Shown piece after piece: positions 25,101 to 36,937 of a stretch of DNA of 64,000 nucleotides. The stretch's first letter is position 1. Each line of letters opens with the position of its first letter. Under the pieces are notes generated by a model. The model did not search any database, was not told the DNA's origin, and was given only the letters and a program-made list of their open reading frames with translations. Position numbers and translations under genes: made by a program. The stretch is from NCBI GenBank assembly GCA_043228905.1, contig JBHGNT010000010.1, positions 22,258,001 through 22,322,000 of the forward strand, read 5' to 3'. Source of the DNA: Azolla caroliniana. Lineage: Eukaryota; Plantae; Polypodiophyta.

Positions 25101-27524
25101 CTGAAAATTTAGGTTGGTTTTTAGGTGGCCAGCTGGGGGGGATATCTCTTGGATCGAGGGATATTGACCATGTCTCTGGCTCCTCGAGATAATCACGAAG
25201 CCCAAGTGCAGTTTGCTCTCGAAAGAGGAATACCTGCCATGTTGGGTGTGATTTCTACTCAACGATTACCTTACCCAGCTAATGCTTTTGATATGATTCA
25301 TTGTTCTCGATGTCTAATTCCTTGGACCGACCATGGTGAGTTGCGTGTATAGCATGTAGTCTAACCCTGAATTACTCATTTTCTGAATTCCCATGTTGCA
25401 ATCTTATATGCATTTTTTAAACTGCATACGTAGTTACAAATACTTATGGAGTTTGGGAAAAAGCGAGGGAGAATTAATAGTATTCTTTTTGTTTCTAAAT
25501 AAACGTGTAGGTGGGGTTAATCTACTTGAAATAGACAGAGTTCTTCGTCCTGGAGGTTTTTGGGTGCTATCAGGCCCCCCAATCAATTATGAGGCTCATT
25601 GGAGAGGCTGGGATACTACAGAGGAAAAGGAGCGAGCCAATCTTAATAAGCTTCAAGACCTCCTTCAGCGGATGTGCTATACCCAATATGATATGAAAGG
25701 TGAAATTGCAGTCTGGCAAAAGCCTGTGGATGGTAGCTGCTATGATAACCGTGAAGAGGATACTGTTCCACCATTCTGTGATGATAGCATTAATCCAGAT
25801 GCATCATGGTAATTGACGATAAGTTTAGTACTATTAGGCCATTCAGAAAAGGTTTAACTTTTCCTTAATCACAAATTTCGGGAACCGAGGATGGAGGTGA
25901 GTTGTACTCCTAACCCATGGCTTACAGGGGAAGGGTGTGAACAAGGGCGAAGCCCCCAGAGAGGACTTTATTTCAGCAAACTGTTCCTTTGCCACTTTGT
26001 TTCAGTCCATTGATAGTTATTTTGGGACAATTTGCATTCTGTCGGATTACTCACTGGTCTCCTTTGTTTAATGATGCTTGTTATCAGGTATGTACCGATC
26101 CGACCCTGCATTGTGAAAACGAACTCAGCATTTCAACGACTTGGAGTCGGCCAGACACCGAAGTGGCCAGCGCGTTTGGAGGAAGTTCCTGAAAGAGTAA
26201 AGTCATTTTCGGGAGGCAGTGAGAATGATTTCAAAAAAGATACAAGAGTATGGAAAGATATTGTGAAATATTATAAGACTCTCCTACCAGATCTAGGGAC
26301 CAACAAGATAAGGAATGTGATGGATATGAATACCAAGTATGGTGGGTTTGCATCTGCATTGATTCAGGATCCTGTTTGGGTGATGAATGTTGTATCATCA
26401 TATGCAGCCAATTCTCTTGGTGTCATTTATGATCGTGGATTAATCGGGACCATGAATGACTGGTTAGTTTTCTAATTGATTAATTTTCTTGTTTATTTTC
26501 TTTCTGGAATTAACCTATGGCTCAAATGGCAAGGCCGATTCACCAAGCCAACTTTCTCTTGTATTTGGAAATATCTTTAAAAGTGTCTGAGTTTCAGATT
26601 GTGGTATCTCTGACCTTTCCACTCCCTATTTTCAGGTGTGAAGCATTTTCCACCTACCCGAGGACTTACGATCTGCTTCACCTAGATGGACTTTTCACTG
26701 CTGAGAGTCACAGGTCCTCTTGATGTAACCCATTGGATTAAAGCTAAGATTTTGCATTTCTCATGTGGTAACCGGATGAAAGCCCTATATATTGCCGTTT
26801 CGTATATGCTTATCCATTGAAAGCTGAAATGCTGTGTTTTCTATATGCTGACAGTCCATTTGATGAAAGCCGAAACTTTGCATTTTCTAATATGCTAACC
26901 AAAAGTCTATTTGATGAAAGCTGATAATTAGCATTTTCTAATATAACCAAAAGTCCAATGGATGTTTTTTAACTTTATATGCTCATAGCTAACTGAATCC
27001 ATTGAATCAGAAGTAGAAATTTTCTGTTTCTAATATTCTAACCAAAAGCTGAAATATGGTAATGGTAACTTACTGGATGAAAGCTGAAATATGATAACTG
27101 TATGTCATCGGATGAAGGACGAATAATATGCTAACAAAAACTCCATTAGAAGAATCACATTTTTAAATATGCTAATGAAGAGTCTGTAGAATGAAAACTG
27201 AAAATTTGCTATACTAATACGTTATTAATTTTTTTCAGTCTTGTGAACATACAATTGAATTGGGTTTTTCCTGCCTATTTATCTAAGTCTTTTTTTGGAA
27301 ACAGATGTGAAATGAAATATGTGCTCCTCGAGATGGACCGTATCTTGAGGCCAGCAGGACATGTTATCATGCGAGATGCACCGAACTTTATTGAAGATGT
27401 ATCAGCGCTTGGAAAGGCAATCAGATGGAAATGCAAGCAGTACCCAACTGAGAAAGCAGCAAATGGTGACAAGGAGCAGATTCTGATATGTCAGAAAACA
27501 TTTTGGCATCTATCAGAAGACTAA
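22101..27524 (+). CDS. Golgi SAM-dependent methyltransferase, DUF248/PMT family (PMT20/PMT21-like); exons 22101-22367, 23257-23405, 24852-25047, 25125-25335, 25511-25808, 26088-26462, 26636-26713, 27305-27524
   Basis: N-terminal TM anchor; QDYTPCTDP; RERHCP; [11 protein letters not shown]; [14 protein letters not shown]; [12 protein letters not shown]; HCSRCLIPW; RNVMDMN; [15 protein letters not shown]; [10 protein letters not shown]. Splice phases are consistent. Confidence 0.95.
22410..23230. repeat. Degenerate ~100-bp minisatellite filling PMT intron 1 (~8 units)
   Basis: Recurrent core (a)atgcaa(c/t)gagatcat..aaccctaatctcatcagat..ataagttc near 22457, 22551, 22818, 22920, 23021 and 23129. 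Confidence 0.75.
23465..23946. repeat. Long near-perfect inverted repeat (hairpin) in PMT intron 2
   Basis: 23465-23699 is reverse-complementary to 23723-23946 with scattered mismatches and a ~23-nt loop. Confidence 0.93.
24147..24832. repeat. Apparently perfect 343-bp tandem duplication in PMT intron 2
   Basis: 24147-24489 matches 24490-24832; TGCT microhomology at the junctions. Confidence 0.95.
26730..27210. repeat. Degenerate ~50-bp minisatellite in PMT intron 7
   Basis: Repeated gatgaaagc(t/c)gaa...ttttctaatatgctaaccaaaagtc units. Confidence 0.7.
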
Positions 27525-28076
27525 TTTTGATAGAAGTTAAAAGAACCATTTTGTATTGGTCCTAAACAATTGGCTCTATTTATTTCTCTAATAGTTGGTG
27601 ATTTATGTACAAAATCCTGCAAGGAGCAGCTTGTCCCTTATTCTTCTATTTATTTATTATTATTATTAACCCATGGATTTTGATACATGGCATGCACTTG
27701 TTTGTGCATATGAAAGTGGATCATGTTGACTGCAGAATGAGATTCAATACAAATCTAATGGACAACGAATTTCGTATTGACTTAAAATCAAGAAAGAATT
27801 CATTGCTTCTTTATTCTAGAAGATTTTCTCTAGATAATGTTGTTTTCTTAAAGTAGTTTTTCTTCGATATTCTCACTAGAGTATAGAAGTCTTTTAAAGT
27901 GAAATAGTATATCCTTAAGAGTTTGTAGTTTTGTTAAGAAGTGATATTGGATAGCCTTCCAACATCAATCTTACATTTATTCAATAGTAATGGAGATAAT
28001 AATTTCTACTCTCATTTTCATCTTAATTCATTTTTAATCAAGCATAATTTGTATTATGTACCTCAATGTGCAGTGA

Positions 28077-28500
28077 TTGATCTTATTATTCTGAGAAATA
28101 CCTAGTAGAGAGAACATGTTTCGTTTAACATTGTTCAAGTATATAGTGAGACAATTATTATTGTGGTTGATCTTATTATTCCTAGAAATACCTAGTAGAG
28201 AGAACATGTTTCATTTAACATTGTTCTAGTATATAGTGAGACAATTATTATTGTGGCTGTGCAATTAATTTGATGAGTTTCAAGAAACATCCCTAGTAGA
28301 GACAACCTTTTAACATTGTTCAAGTATATAGTGAGACAATTATTATTGTGGATGTGCAATTAATTTGACAAGTTTCAAGAAATATCCCTAGTAGAGACAA
28401 TAGGTTTCTTTCAAACTTGATACATGTATAAGTGAGTCAATTATTGGTTGTGTGAGCAATTTATTTGTTTAGTATATAGTGAAACAACAATTGGTGTCTA
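28077..28500. repeat. Tandem array, ~90-bp unit, 4-5 progressively diverged copies
   Basis: ctagtagaga.aa....tttaacattgttc.agtatatagtgagacaattattattgtgg near 28102, 28192, 28293 and 28388. Confidence 0.85.
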
Positions 28501-29702
28501 CACTGAATTAAATTTCGTAAGTTTCTATTGCCAATTCATCCACAATTAATTTCATAGATTTGCAATTAACAATATGATCACCAAGATTTCCAAGTTTTGC
28601 TCCGTAAGGTCATTGGAACTTACACTCTAGATGCTACACAAACAACCCGAAATGCTTAAGAAACACAACCATGGTGCCCCCAACAGCTCATTGTAAATGC
28701 AACAATATGCTCAATAGCAAGTCACATTGAGAATAATGACATAAATTATTTGCTTTGGCATAAAAAGCTCACAATGTATCAAAGCATGCATACCACCTCT
28801 AGGTCATATAAACATTCCCAAAACTAGGGAGGCAAGTTCCATAGGTCCAAAAATCTAAACATCAGAATTCATCAATCACATGTCCATCCAAGTTCTTAAC
28901 CATGTGAGACAACACTTTGAATCACATCCCTTCTAAGTGTCACCTCACATGATATTGGCAAGCATGTTGAGTGTTGGGATGCCCCCAACGTGTCATTGTA
29001 AACACAATAGCTTGTTCCAGACAATCGCAGATGCAGATGAATTACAGAATGATTTGCTTTAAACTTAAAAAGCTCACAATTTGCATAAAATCTGTAGGAT
29101 AGGACAATACTGTAGTTGCAGAAATCCTGTTTCCCTTGTAGGACTGGGCAGTGGAATTCATCAGCAAGAGAACCACATAATTATTATTATGTCCTGGCTA
29201 TGCTGTTATCGAATGGGCTGCACATACTGGTAATATTCACATGACCATACTGCCTCACATGGTGATGGAAAGTCTTATGTGTATCCTATTGCTAAGCCTA
29301 ACAGATAATGATCTATTAGAAGCACTCACAGAGAAAAACTCCAGAGTCCAGTAAATTGTAAAACATACACCAACCAGATGAAATGCATTAGTGACTGGAG
29401 AGAAATTAGTGGGTTAAGAAAAAAGAGGCCAGTATTCTGGGTGAACACATATTTACTTGTGTAACCATTCAACTTCTCAATCAAAGATGGAATGACAATG
29501 CAATGTGAAAAAAGTAAGTAAATGTTGCAGGTAAGCAAGCATGTCCAGCATGAACATAAGGAATACAAGCACATTATATTATATGGATTGAGCTTGAGTC
29601 ATGCCATCAAATGCCATCATGATCATAAGCAACTTCAAATCTTTGCAGATTTATACGTAAATAGCACACAAACTGGTTCCTTCAGGGTTGCATTTCTTGT
29701 CA

Positions 29703-31291
29703 TCAAATGCATCTTGTAAAATAATGGCCATTGATATATCCACCAGCCATTGATCTTTTAACATTTAGCTCAAATTGTTTCGGACTGTCTTTCAGAACTT
29801 CAGCAGCCTCTTTGTTGAGAGGGTCATCTGGATTGGGGTCCTGCATGTAAAAGAGACAACAGCAGGTTGGTACTTATCATATGTTGAAACTTGAGCAAAG
29901 AGACCGAACAAAACTCACCAGAAACAAGAACTGCAATCCATAGATAATAGAATTTATGCTCAAGACAGGTTTCCAATCTTCTCGAAGGATGTTTAGACAC
30001 ACATTACCTTCCAAATCTATATTTGGATGATAAACCTGCCATCGCAAAGTTACAGAAGATCTTACGCAGTCATGCTAAAACAGCTTTTTTTATGAGAAAC
30101 CTTAGAATACCTTGGTCTTGCACTTCACTTTAGGAGCTTCATGAGGATAAATAGGAGAAATAGTGAAGCTGAAAACAAAAGTACCACCCCTAGAACAGAA
30201 GGAAAAAGAAAATCAGCAGTGTCAAATCCACAGTAAAAAGACAACACTGATAAGATCTTACATGTAATAGCCTTCATCAGGTCGAATTGTGATCTCAAAG
30301 TTAAGAAGGTCATCCTTCCCATTTGGAAAAGAAATCGAGGTTGTCTTTGCCAGATTTAACTCACTTATATCTGAACAGTTTACAGGACAACCACTCATCA
30401 GAATCAGGGCCTCATTCAGAAAACTGTGGACATACCACTTAAACTATGCCATGATGAAATGTGATTAACAAGAAGATTCAATCACAAACCAAGATCAACA
30501 AATTTCAGACTAAGAATGGATTGAAGTTATATTATAAATAAATAACATTCATTAGAATTCAATTCAGAAATCTATCTTTCTTGAAGGTAGCCAATAAATA
30601 CATTAAAATTTTGCAAAAACCTTAAACTGAACCAACAGATCTATGAAAACATAGATGCCTAAACCATGAAATTGAAGACAGAAAGTTTATACTAAGTCAT
30701 AATCTATAAAACAAACCGACAAGAATTCTGTCCATTTAATGCTTTCATTGCCTTGGACATGAAGACATCTCCAATTACCAACTCAGAGGGACAATCACTG
30801 CATGTGATAGTTTAATAATTGTTCTGCAGCATATTTCTAAGCTAAATTAAGACTTTGTAGATTGTGTAAATATAGACGTGTGGATAATGTTGATACTGTG
30901 ACCTTTTGTCTAAAGAGCATTAAATATGTGATAAACCCTAGAATGTGTGCACTATACTGATCATAAAAAGGATGTACAACAAATATATGTTACCAAAGGC
31001 ATTGGTGTGTTGGCACTAAATGCATTCATATCATCTAGAAATAATTTTCAAGTAACCAAAAGAGAAAACAAAAATCCAGGTTCTCAATTTTCAGTGCAAT
31101 GTCAACAAGCACACCTAGGGTGCTACTCTGAATAGATATCATCATGTTGTGTAGCCCAGCAAAAGATGAGTGAGCGTCGTACCTTTTTGCACCCGAAGTT
31201 CTCCAGCACTCTGTTTTTTTATTGGTATTCTTCCATTTGCACTTTCTGCAGCCTCCTTTTGTTTCTGCTTTACACTGAAAAGCTTGATCAT
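29703..31291 (-). CDS. RCE1: RUB1/NEDD8-conjugating E2 enzyme (UBC12), 183 aa; exons 31291-31183, 30370-30262, 30189-30111, 30035-29919, 29840-29703
   Basis: [32 protein letters not shown]; [38 protein letters not shown] with catalytic Cys; DPNPDDPLN. Probable non-coding first exon near 34325-34400 and a ~3-kb 5'UTR intron. Confidence 0.96.
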
Positions 31292-34200
31292 ATTCGCAGT
31301 TAAGATTCCTACACAAGGACAAAAGTTAGGCCTTATAAGCAGGACAGGACAAAACTCCATATTTTCCCTTGATTTAAGACCCATTGACGCTCTAACAAAA
31401 AAGCAGTTTTACAAAGTATGAACTGTTTCAAAAGCATACCCAGAACACAAACAAAAACAAATAATGTTGCAAAGCTAGGAAAGAGAAACAGAGTCAACGT
31501 CATACTACCTACACACATCTCTTGGAGTTGTGCCAAACTCACTACCTTGTTCACCTGAATCTCTGTTCTCCAAATCTGACCTGCTTGGGAAGTAGATTTA
31601 GGGTTTTATGCTAATTTCTCCTACTAAATAGTAAAATATTAGGGCTTCAGCAACAAGGCTGTGGTTAGTTCTGATAAAGATTCACAGGTGTTCCTTGAAG
31701 CTCTTTAAGCATTGTACTGCCAGATTGTTTTCTATGGATAATATAAAGAAATATCTATGGGGATACCAATCTTTATGCCAATCGTCTACTACGTCCATTT
31801 TACTCAAGTCTCAACTTGCTTCTGTAGATGAAAGCTAATTAAAATTAGTCATTCATCAAGGCCAATTTCATAATTTCTCTTCTTTGAAGCAGCATGTATA
31901 TAAGAATTCCACCTTGGCTCCATAGAAGAACAGCCTTCCGAAAAATGCTGATAGCCAATACATGTTGCTCAAGACTATCTGTGTCAAATGTCTCCCACCA
32001 TAAAGAACTCTCAACCTTAAACATGCCTTTCTGTACATCTGCATGGACAATAAATCACAAAACAATCTGTGTGCAAAGTATTGATCCCTAAACTTGCGTG
32101 TAATAACACACATGCTGGATACATCTCGTGTGTATACAAGATAAGTTGGATATTAGAAGAAGCAAGTTGCGATGATTTCACTACCCTTTCTTAGTTTCCA
32201 TTTTTTCTTGAGGAGAACTCTCCCATGTATAGGATTTCAAGACTTCTAGAGCTCTACGCAAATGGGCAAGAAGAAGCATCGTATCCTATAGTAGTGTTCC
32301 CAAGTAGACTCCACTCATGCATTAGGGATCATAATGCATCAAGGCTGTTTTTTATATGATGGAAAGGGATAGAAAGCCCTGGACAGTAGTTCTTATTAGT
32401 ATTTATTGTCTCAAGACAAGAAATTCAGCTCTCAATAACAGATCTCAAATATTTAAGTCAAAAAAGTGCTTGAAGAAGTACCACGATTTCTATATTTAGG
32501 AGCTAGGCTATTCATGATTAATTCCGGCAAAACTGACTATTGTTAATCTTTGTGATGTCAACCAAGAAATTTCCATCTCACTATTGCGATTTTCAAGATG
32601 TTTTAGAAATAAATTACACGTTTCCCTCTAAAATATGGATAAAAAAGAGCACAGATTGCAGTAAACAATTGAAAAAAAATGCAAATATATCAGAAAGGTA
32701 TTTAAATAATAAATATATTGAAATTAATAAAAAAGAGTCAAATTGTTGCAGCAAGATAAAGACATTCGCCATTTCTGTAAACAGAAAATTGTGTTTCATG
32801 CAACCTTCTTGTTAAGAACTACTACAAAAACGTAACTAAAGTCAGGCTACTAAAATCCTTAATATCTTGCCTAGAGGTCGCTTTGCCTCTCAGCCCTAAT
32901 ATTCCAAAGGTGACCCATTATGCTACTTCTCCAGGATATTTTACATTAACTCATATGCCCAAATGAAACAAAAGATATTAATAGAAGAGACAAATTAGCA
33001 ACAATTTTCCAGACACATATCTTCCACATGGTGATTCCTCATATAAATAATCAGGATGGGAGTGTACGGTAAAGTTTTATGTTTATGAACAAATTCTTAA
33101 CATATCATCTCTTAATATAAACATTTTGTATGAATAGTCAATGTTTTCTACAATTAGCATAAAACACCTGCATGTTTAAAGATCAAGATCTACTCGAAAC
33201 TTTAAGTAGCAATGATCATGAGATAGGTTTCCTGTAGTTTTCCCTAATTTTATGATGAGTATGTGCGGGTTAATTCTGGATGGAATGAGGGTATGAAATG
33301 TAATATTCAATTCTACTGTGTGGGATAAATGTACATCGATGTTATGTGCATAACCATAACTCATGATGAGATTGCTTTTGGTTATTAATGAAACATCCAT
33401 GTGACATTTAAACGTTGATGATACAGAGTATAAAATGAAATCATAAGCCTTTTCAAGGAAATAATTTGCAGAACAATCATGTCCACCATGAGTCCTAGGT
33501 TACTTCATCTAAGACACACATATAAGGTCCAACAGCAATGCCGCATGGAAGTTGAAGGCACACGGATTGTCAATCAGATATTGAGGAGTATAAGTATCTA
33601 CCTTAATCTTGAGATGGATCAAAGGGGAGCCTAACAGCATACTAGCACTGTAATTCAACTCAGAGATGGATTTGGATTCACAGACTAATGACATAATTCA
33701 CCTTTTCAGTTCAATGAAAGAACCATATTTTAAGTCGATAATATTGTCACATTTAGTTCAAGAAAATACTTTCCATGTGGATCTTGTTCAATAGGAGCCG
33801 CTATATTCAATTTATATTAGCAGAAAATATGATGTGAGAGAGTAACGTCAGTAGTTTCATATATGTTTTTCTGACAGGAAAATTAAATCTTCACTTTCTT
33901 CTAGTTTTTGAATGTTTATATGTGGTGTATGAATGAATAGAAGCATCCATTCTTCTCTTTCCTTTTCGGTTGTTGAATGTGTACATAAGTAAGTTTTAAG
34001 GATATGTTCATTCTTCCTCAGAGAGGAAACCATATTTATAGTGCAGTGTGTTTAGCTTCTTTCCTCTTCCTTCGCATCTTGGTGAACACCTCTCGTTTCA
34101 AGAATTTCACAAGTGGCGCAGCCCTGTTTTTGAAAGATTTCAAGAGAGAAAGACATATGCAGCATAGAGATCGATTAAAGAAAAGACAAAATGAAAAAAA

Positions 34201-34744
34201 GACGAGAAGGAATGAGATAGATCGATTGAAGATAGGAATAAATAAATATGGAAAACACAGAAGTGAGAAGAGAGTAAAAGAGTTCTACAGAGAGTTGATG
34301 AGAGGGAAAGAACAGGTGCTAACCTCTTGACACAGCAGATGCTCCGTTCAGCGAGATCGTAGAAACTCGAAATGGAAGAAAGGAATCGCGATACAATAGA
34401 AAGGCTGTGTGACACACAGGCTTATTATGCTCGTATATACACACATATATACATACACATACAGGTTTGTGTAAACAGAGTGTCATACATATACATATTG
34501 ATATATATATATATATATATATATATCATATATGTATATATATATGTACATACATACAGATATTATGTACAGGAAAGCAAACAAAAGTGTATATGCCCCA
34601 CACACATACGTATATGTACATATATATCGTATGGACTGCCGGACATACATGCACACCTACACACAAAACAACAAAACGAACCAATTCCTTTCTTGTAATG
34701 AAAGACCAGCAACCATGCTATGTGCTTCCTCCTTTACATGCATA

Positions 34745-34799
34745 TCATACATACGTACATACATACGTACATACATACATACATACATACATACATACA

Positions 34800-34849
<50 letters not shown>

Positions 34850-34860
34850 TGTGTGTGTGT
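34745..34860. repeat. Compound microsatellite (TACA)n(TG)n(GA)n(GT)n
   Basis: Seen directly. Confidence 0.95.
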
Positions 34861-35609
34861 ATTGGAATTTCAAAATGTATGCTTGCTTGCAAGTTGCAAC
34901 ATATCTATCATTCTCCATTCTTTAAAAGCATGTCTATGTGCACGGTCAATGGCTCCTTCCCAATGATGTGGGGAGTTAAAAGTTGAGTGGTATTTAATCA
35001 ATTAAGAAATTTTAAAAGCAATAGTGTGTTAACACAATTAGTTTAGCGACGTTTGTATCAAGATGTTAATGATCGCGGTTGGCAAAACCCATTTCTTTAA
35101 CTATCGTAAACTTATCCTCATATAACCTTACACATACATGTATATAAATATGTATGTATGTGTTTCAACCATGTACTTAATGTTGATTTTCACATGATTA
35201 GGATCTTATTATACTTTCAAAATAAACAAGCATATCTTTTGAAATCCTACTACACACACATATATTATAAGCATATTTTAGGGATCCCCCACCCATTATT
35301 ATTATTATCAATAGGTGAAGGTATCATCATATACACTGTCACTTTAGAGATCCCCTTCAAATTATGCTTACATCAAGAAATAAAAATGTGAGTGGTAACA
35401 ATAAGTGCTGCATATAGATAATCGCATGTAGAAATTCCCTTACTGATATCTAGAATATGAAAACTTGAAATTGACATATATGTATTCTTACATTAGTATG
35501 ATATTCTCATTTTTTAAATCCCTACACCATTACTTGTATAAAGAACACAAAATGGTGATCTTGCATTTTACCTGAAATACTTAGACAATTATTTGATGGT
35601 AAGCAAAAT

Positions 35610-35870
35610 CATAGTATGAACCATACAAACCATATGTGCATTCGCATTCGCGAGTGTTTCAATCGTTTGAGTATGGTAAACACCCTTGAAGAATGGTAAA
35701 TACCATACTTTTGGATTAACTATTTATTATGAGGTAAATAAACCTAAAAAAAGAAAAAAATCTTAAAAAAAGGGAAAAAACAGAAGAATGTTTGAATAAA
35801 CATTCGCATTCGTTTTCCGACATAGGAAAACGAATGTTATGCTAGACGAACACGAATTTTACGTATTATG
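35610..35870. mobile_element. hAT-type MITE, copy 2
   Basis: CATAGTA...TATTATG termini; 8-bp TSD AGCAAAAT at 35602-35609 and 35871-35878; aligns end to end with 11477-11717. Confidence 0.9.
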
Positions 35871-36015
35871 AGCAAAATAACATCAAGACCTTATGAATAA
35901 TAACATAGTACACAAAATGAGAAGACAAAGTATGAACTAAATGCACATGTACATGATAAAGGCTTATTGTCAAATAAGTATGTCATTCACATAAAATCAA
36001 CACTAAGAAGTGTCG

Positions 36016-36186
36016 AACTCTCTTATAAAGTTTGTTGGGTCTAAAGAGTATGTTTCCATGAGATGTAACTCTCACATGGTAAGAACATTAATGAATGTTT
36101 TTGTATTAACTCACTCATATAGTTTATTGAGTCTAAGGGAGGGTGTGCTGATGAGATGTTACTCGCATGTAAGAACATTAAAGAAA
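36016..36186. repeat. Diverged ~92-bp tandem duplication
   Basis: aactc....ata.agttt.ttg.gtctaa..ag...atgagatgt.actc.ca..gtaagaacattaa.gaa occurs twice. Confidence 0.7.
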
Positions 36187-36937
36187 GCTTTTGAATTATA
36201 GCAAGATTTTAACCAAGGAATCAATGTTGGAAAATGAATGGTTCATATCTTTGATTATTCATGTATGAGGATATTGTAGCACATCAGAAAATTGTCAAGA
36301 TGATCCATTTGTGACATATTATATATCAAATATGAGGGATGCAACCAGATTGATGAGGAGAAGGGCTTATGGTTTGCAAGGTCAAAGAGGACAATGCTAC
36401 AATCTTCTACTTCATAATGGCAATCAATAAATACATGGGAATACATCTTTCTGGGCAAAGACTAATGAGCCATTCAATCCAAGACAGACAAAGGCGTAAA
36501 CTTGAATGAAATGGTGCATGTGGGTAATGTTATGTCTTTCAAAGATTCTGTACAAAAATCTACAAAATCCGTATCCCTGCCATGCTCTCTCTGAGGTTTC
36601 TATGACTCTCTTCGTGACATATACACATTGGCTATCAACCCCACGCTTAGCAAGCAAGTAATCCATTATATGCTTTATGACAAACAGAAAATATGTTTTT
36701 ATAACAAATTGAACTTTTCTGGCATGTATATACATGGTGCTAAAACTCAAAACAATAAGAAACAACTCTACACAACCTCACAGCAGTCTGCAAAAGTGGA
36801 CCCACATGCAAAGGAGGGTGCACATACAATTGGAGGACTATGGTTTGTATATCAGAGTCGATCAGAAAGATGTACAAAGGTTTCTGATGGGTGTCAAATC
36901 TAAAGAATCAAACTCAAAAAAAAGATGCAAATACATT

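Noticed and set aside
28077-28500. Repeat array superficially like CRISPR
   Set aside because: The context is eukaryotic, whole units repeat without unique spacers, and there are no cas genes.
34372-34986. Several 88-144-aa ORFs rich in Y/I/H/T/V/C (similar ones at 15300-15570 and 20500-21800)
   Set aside because: They are translations of microsatellites.
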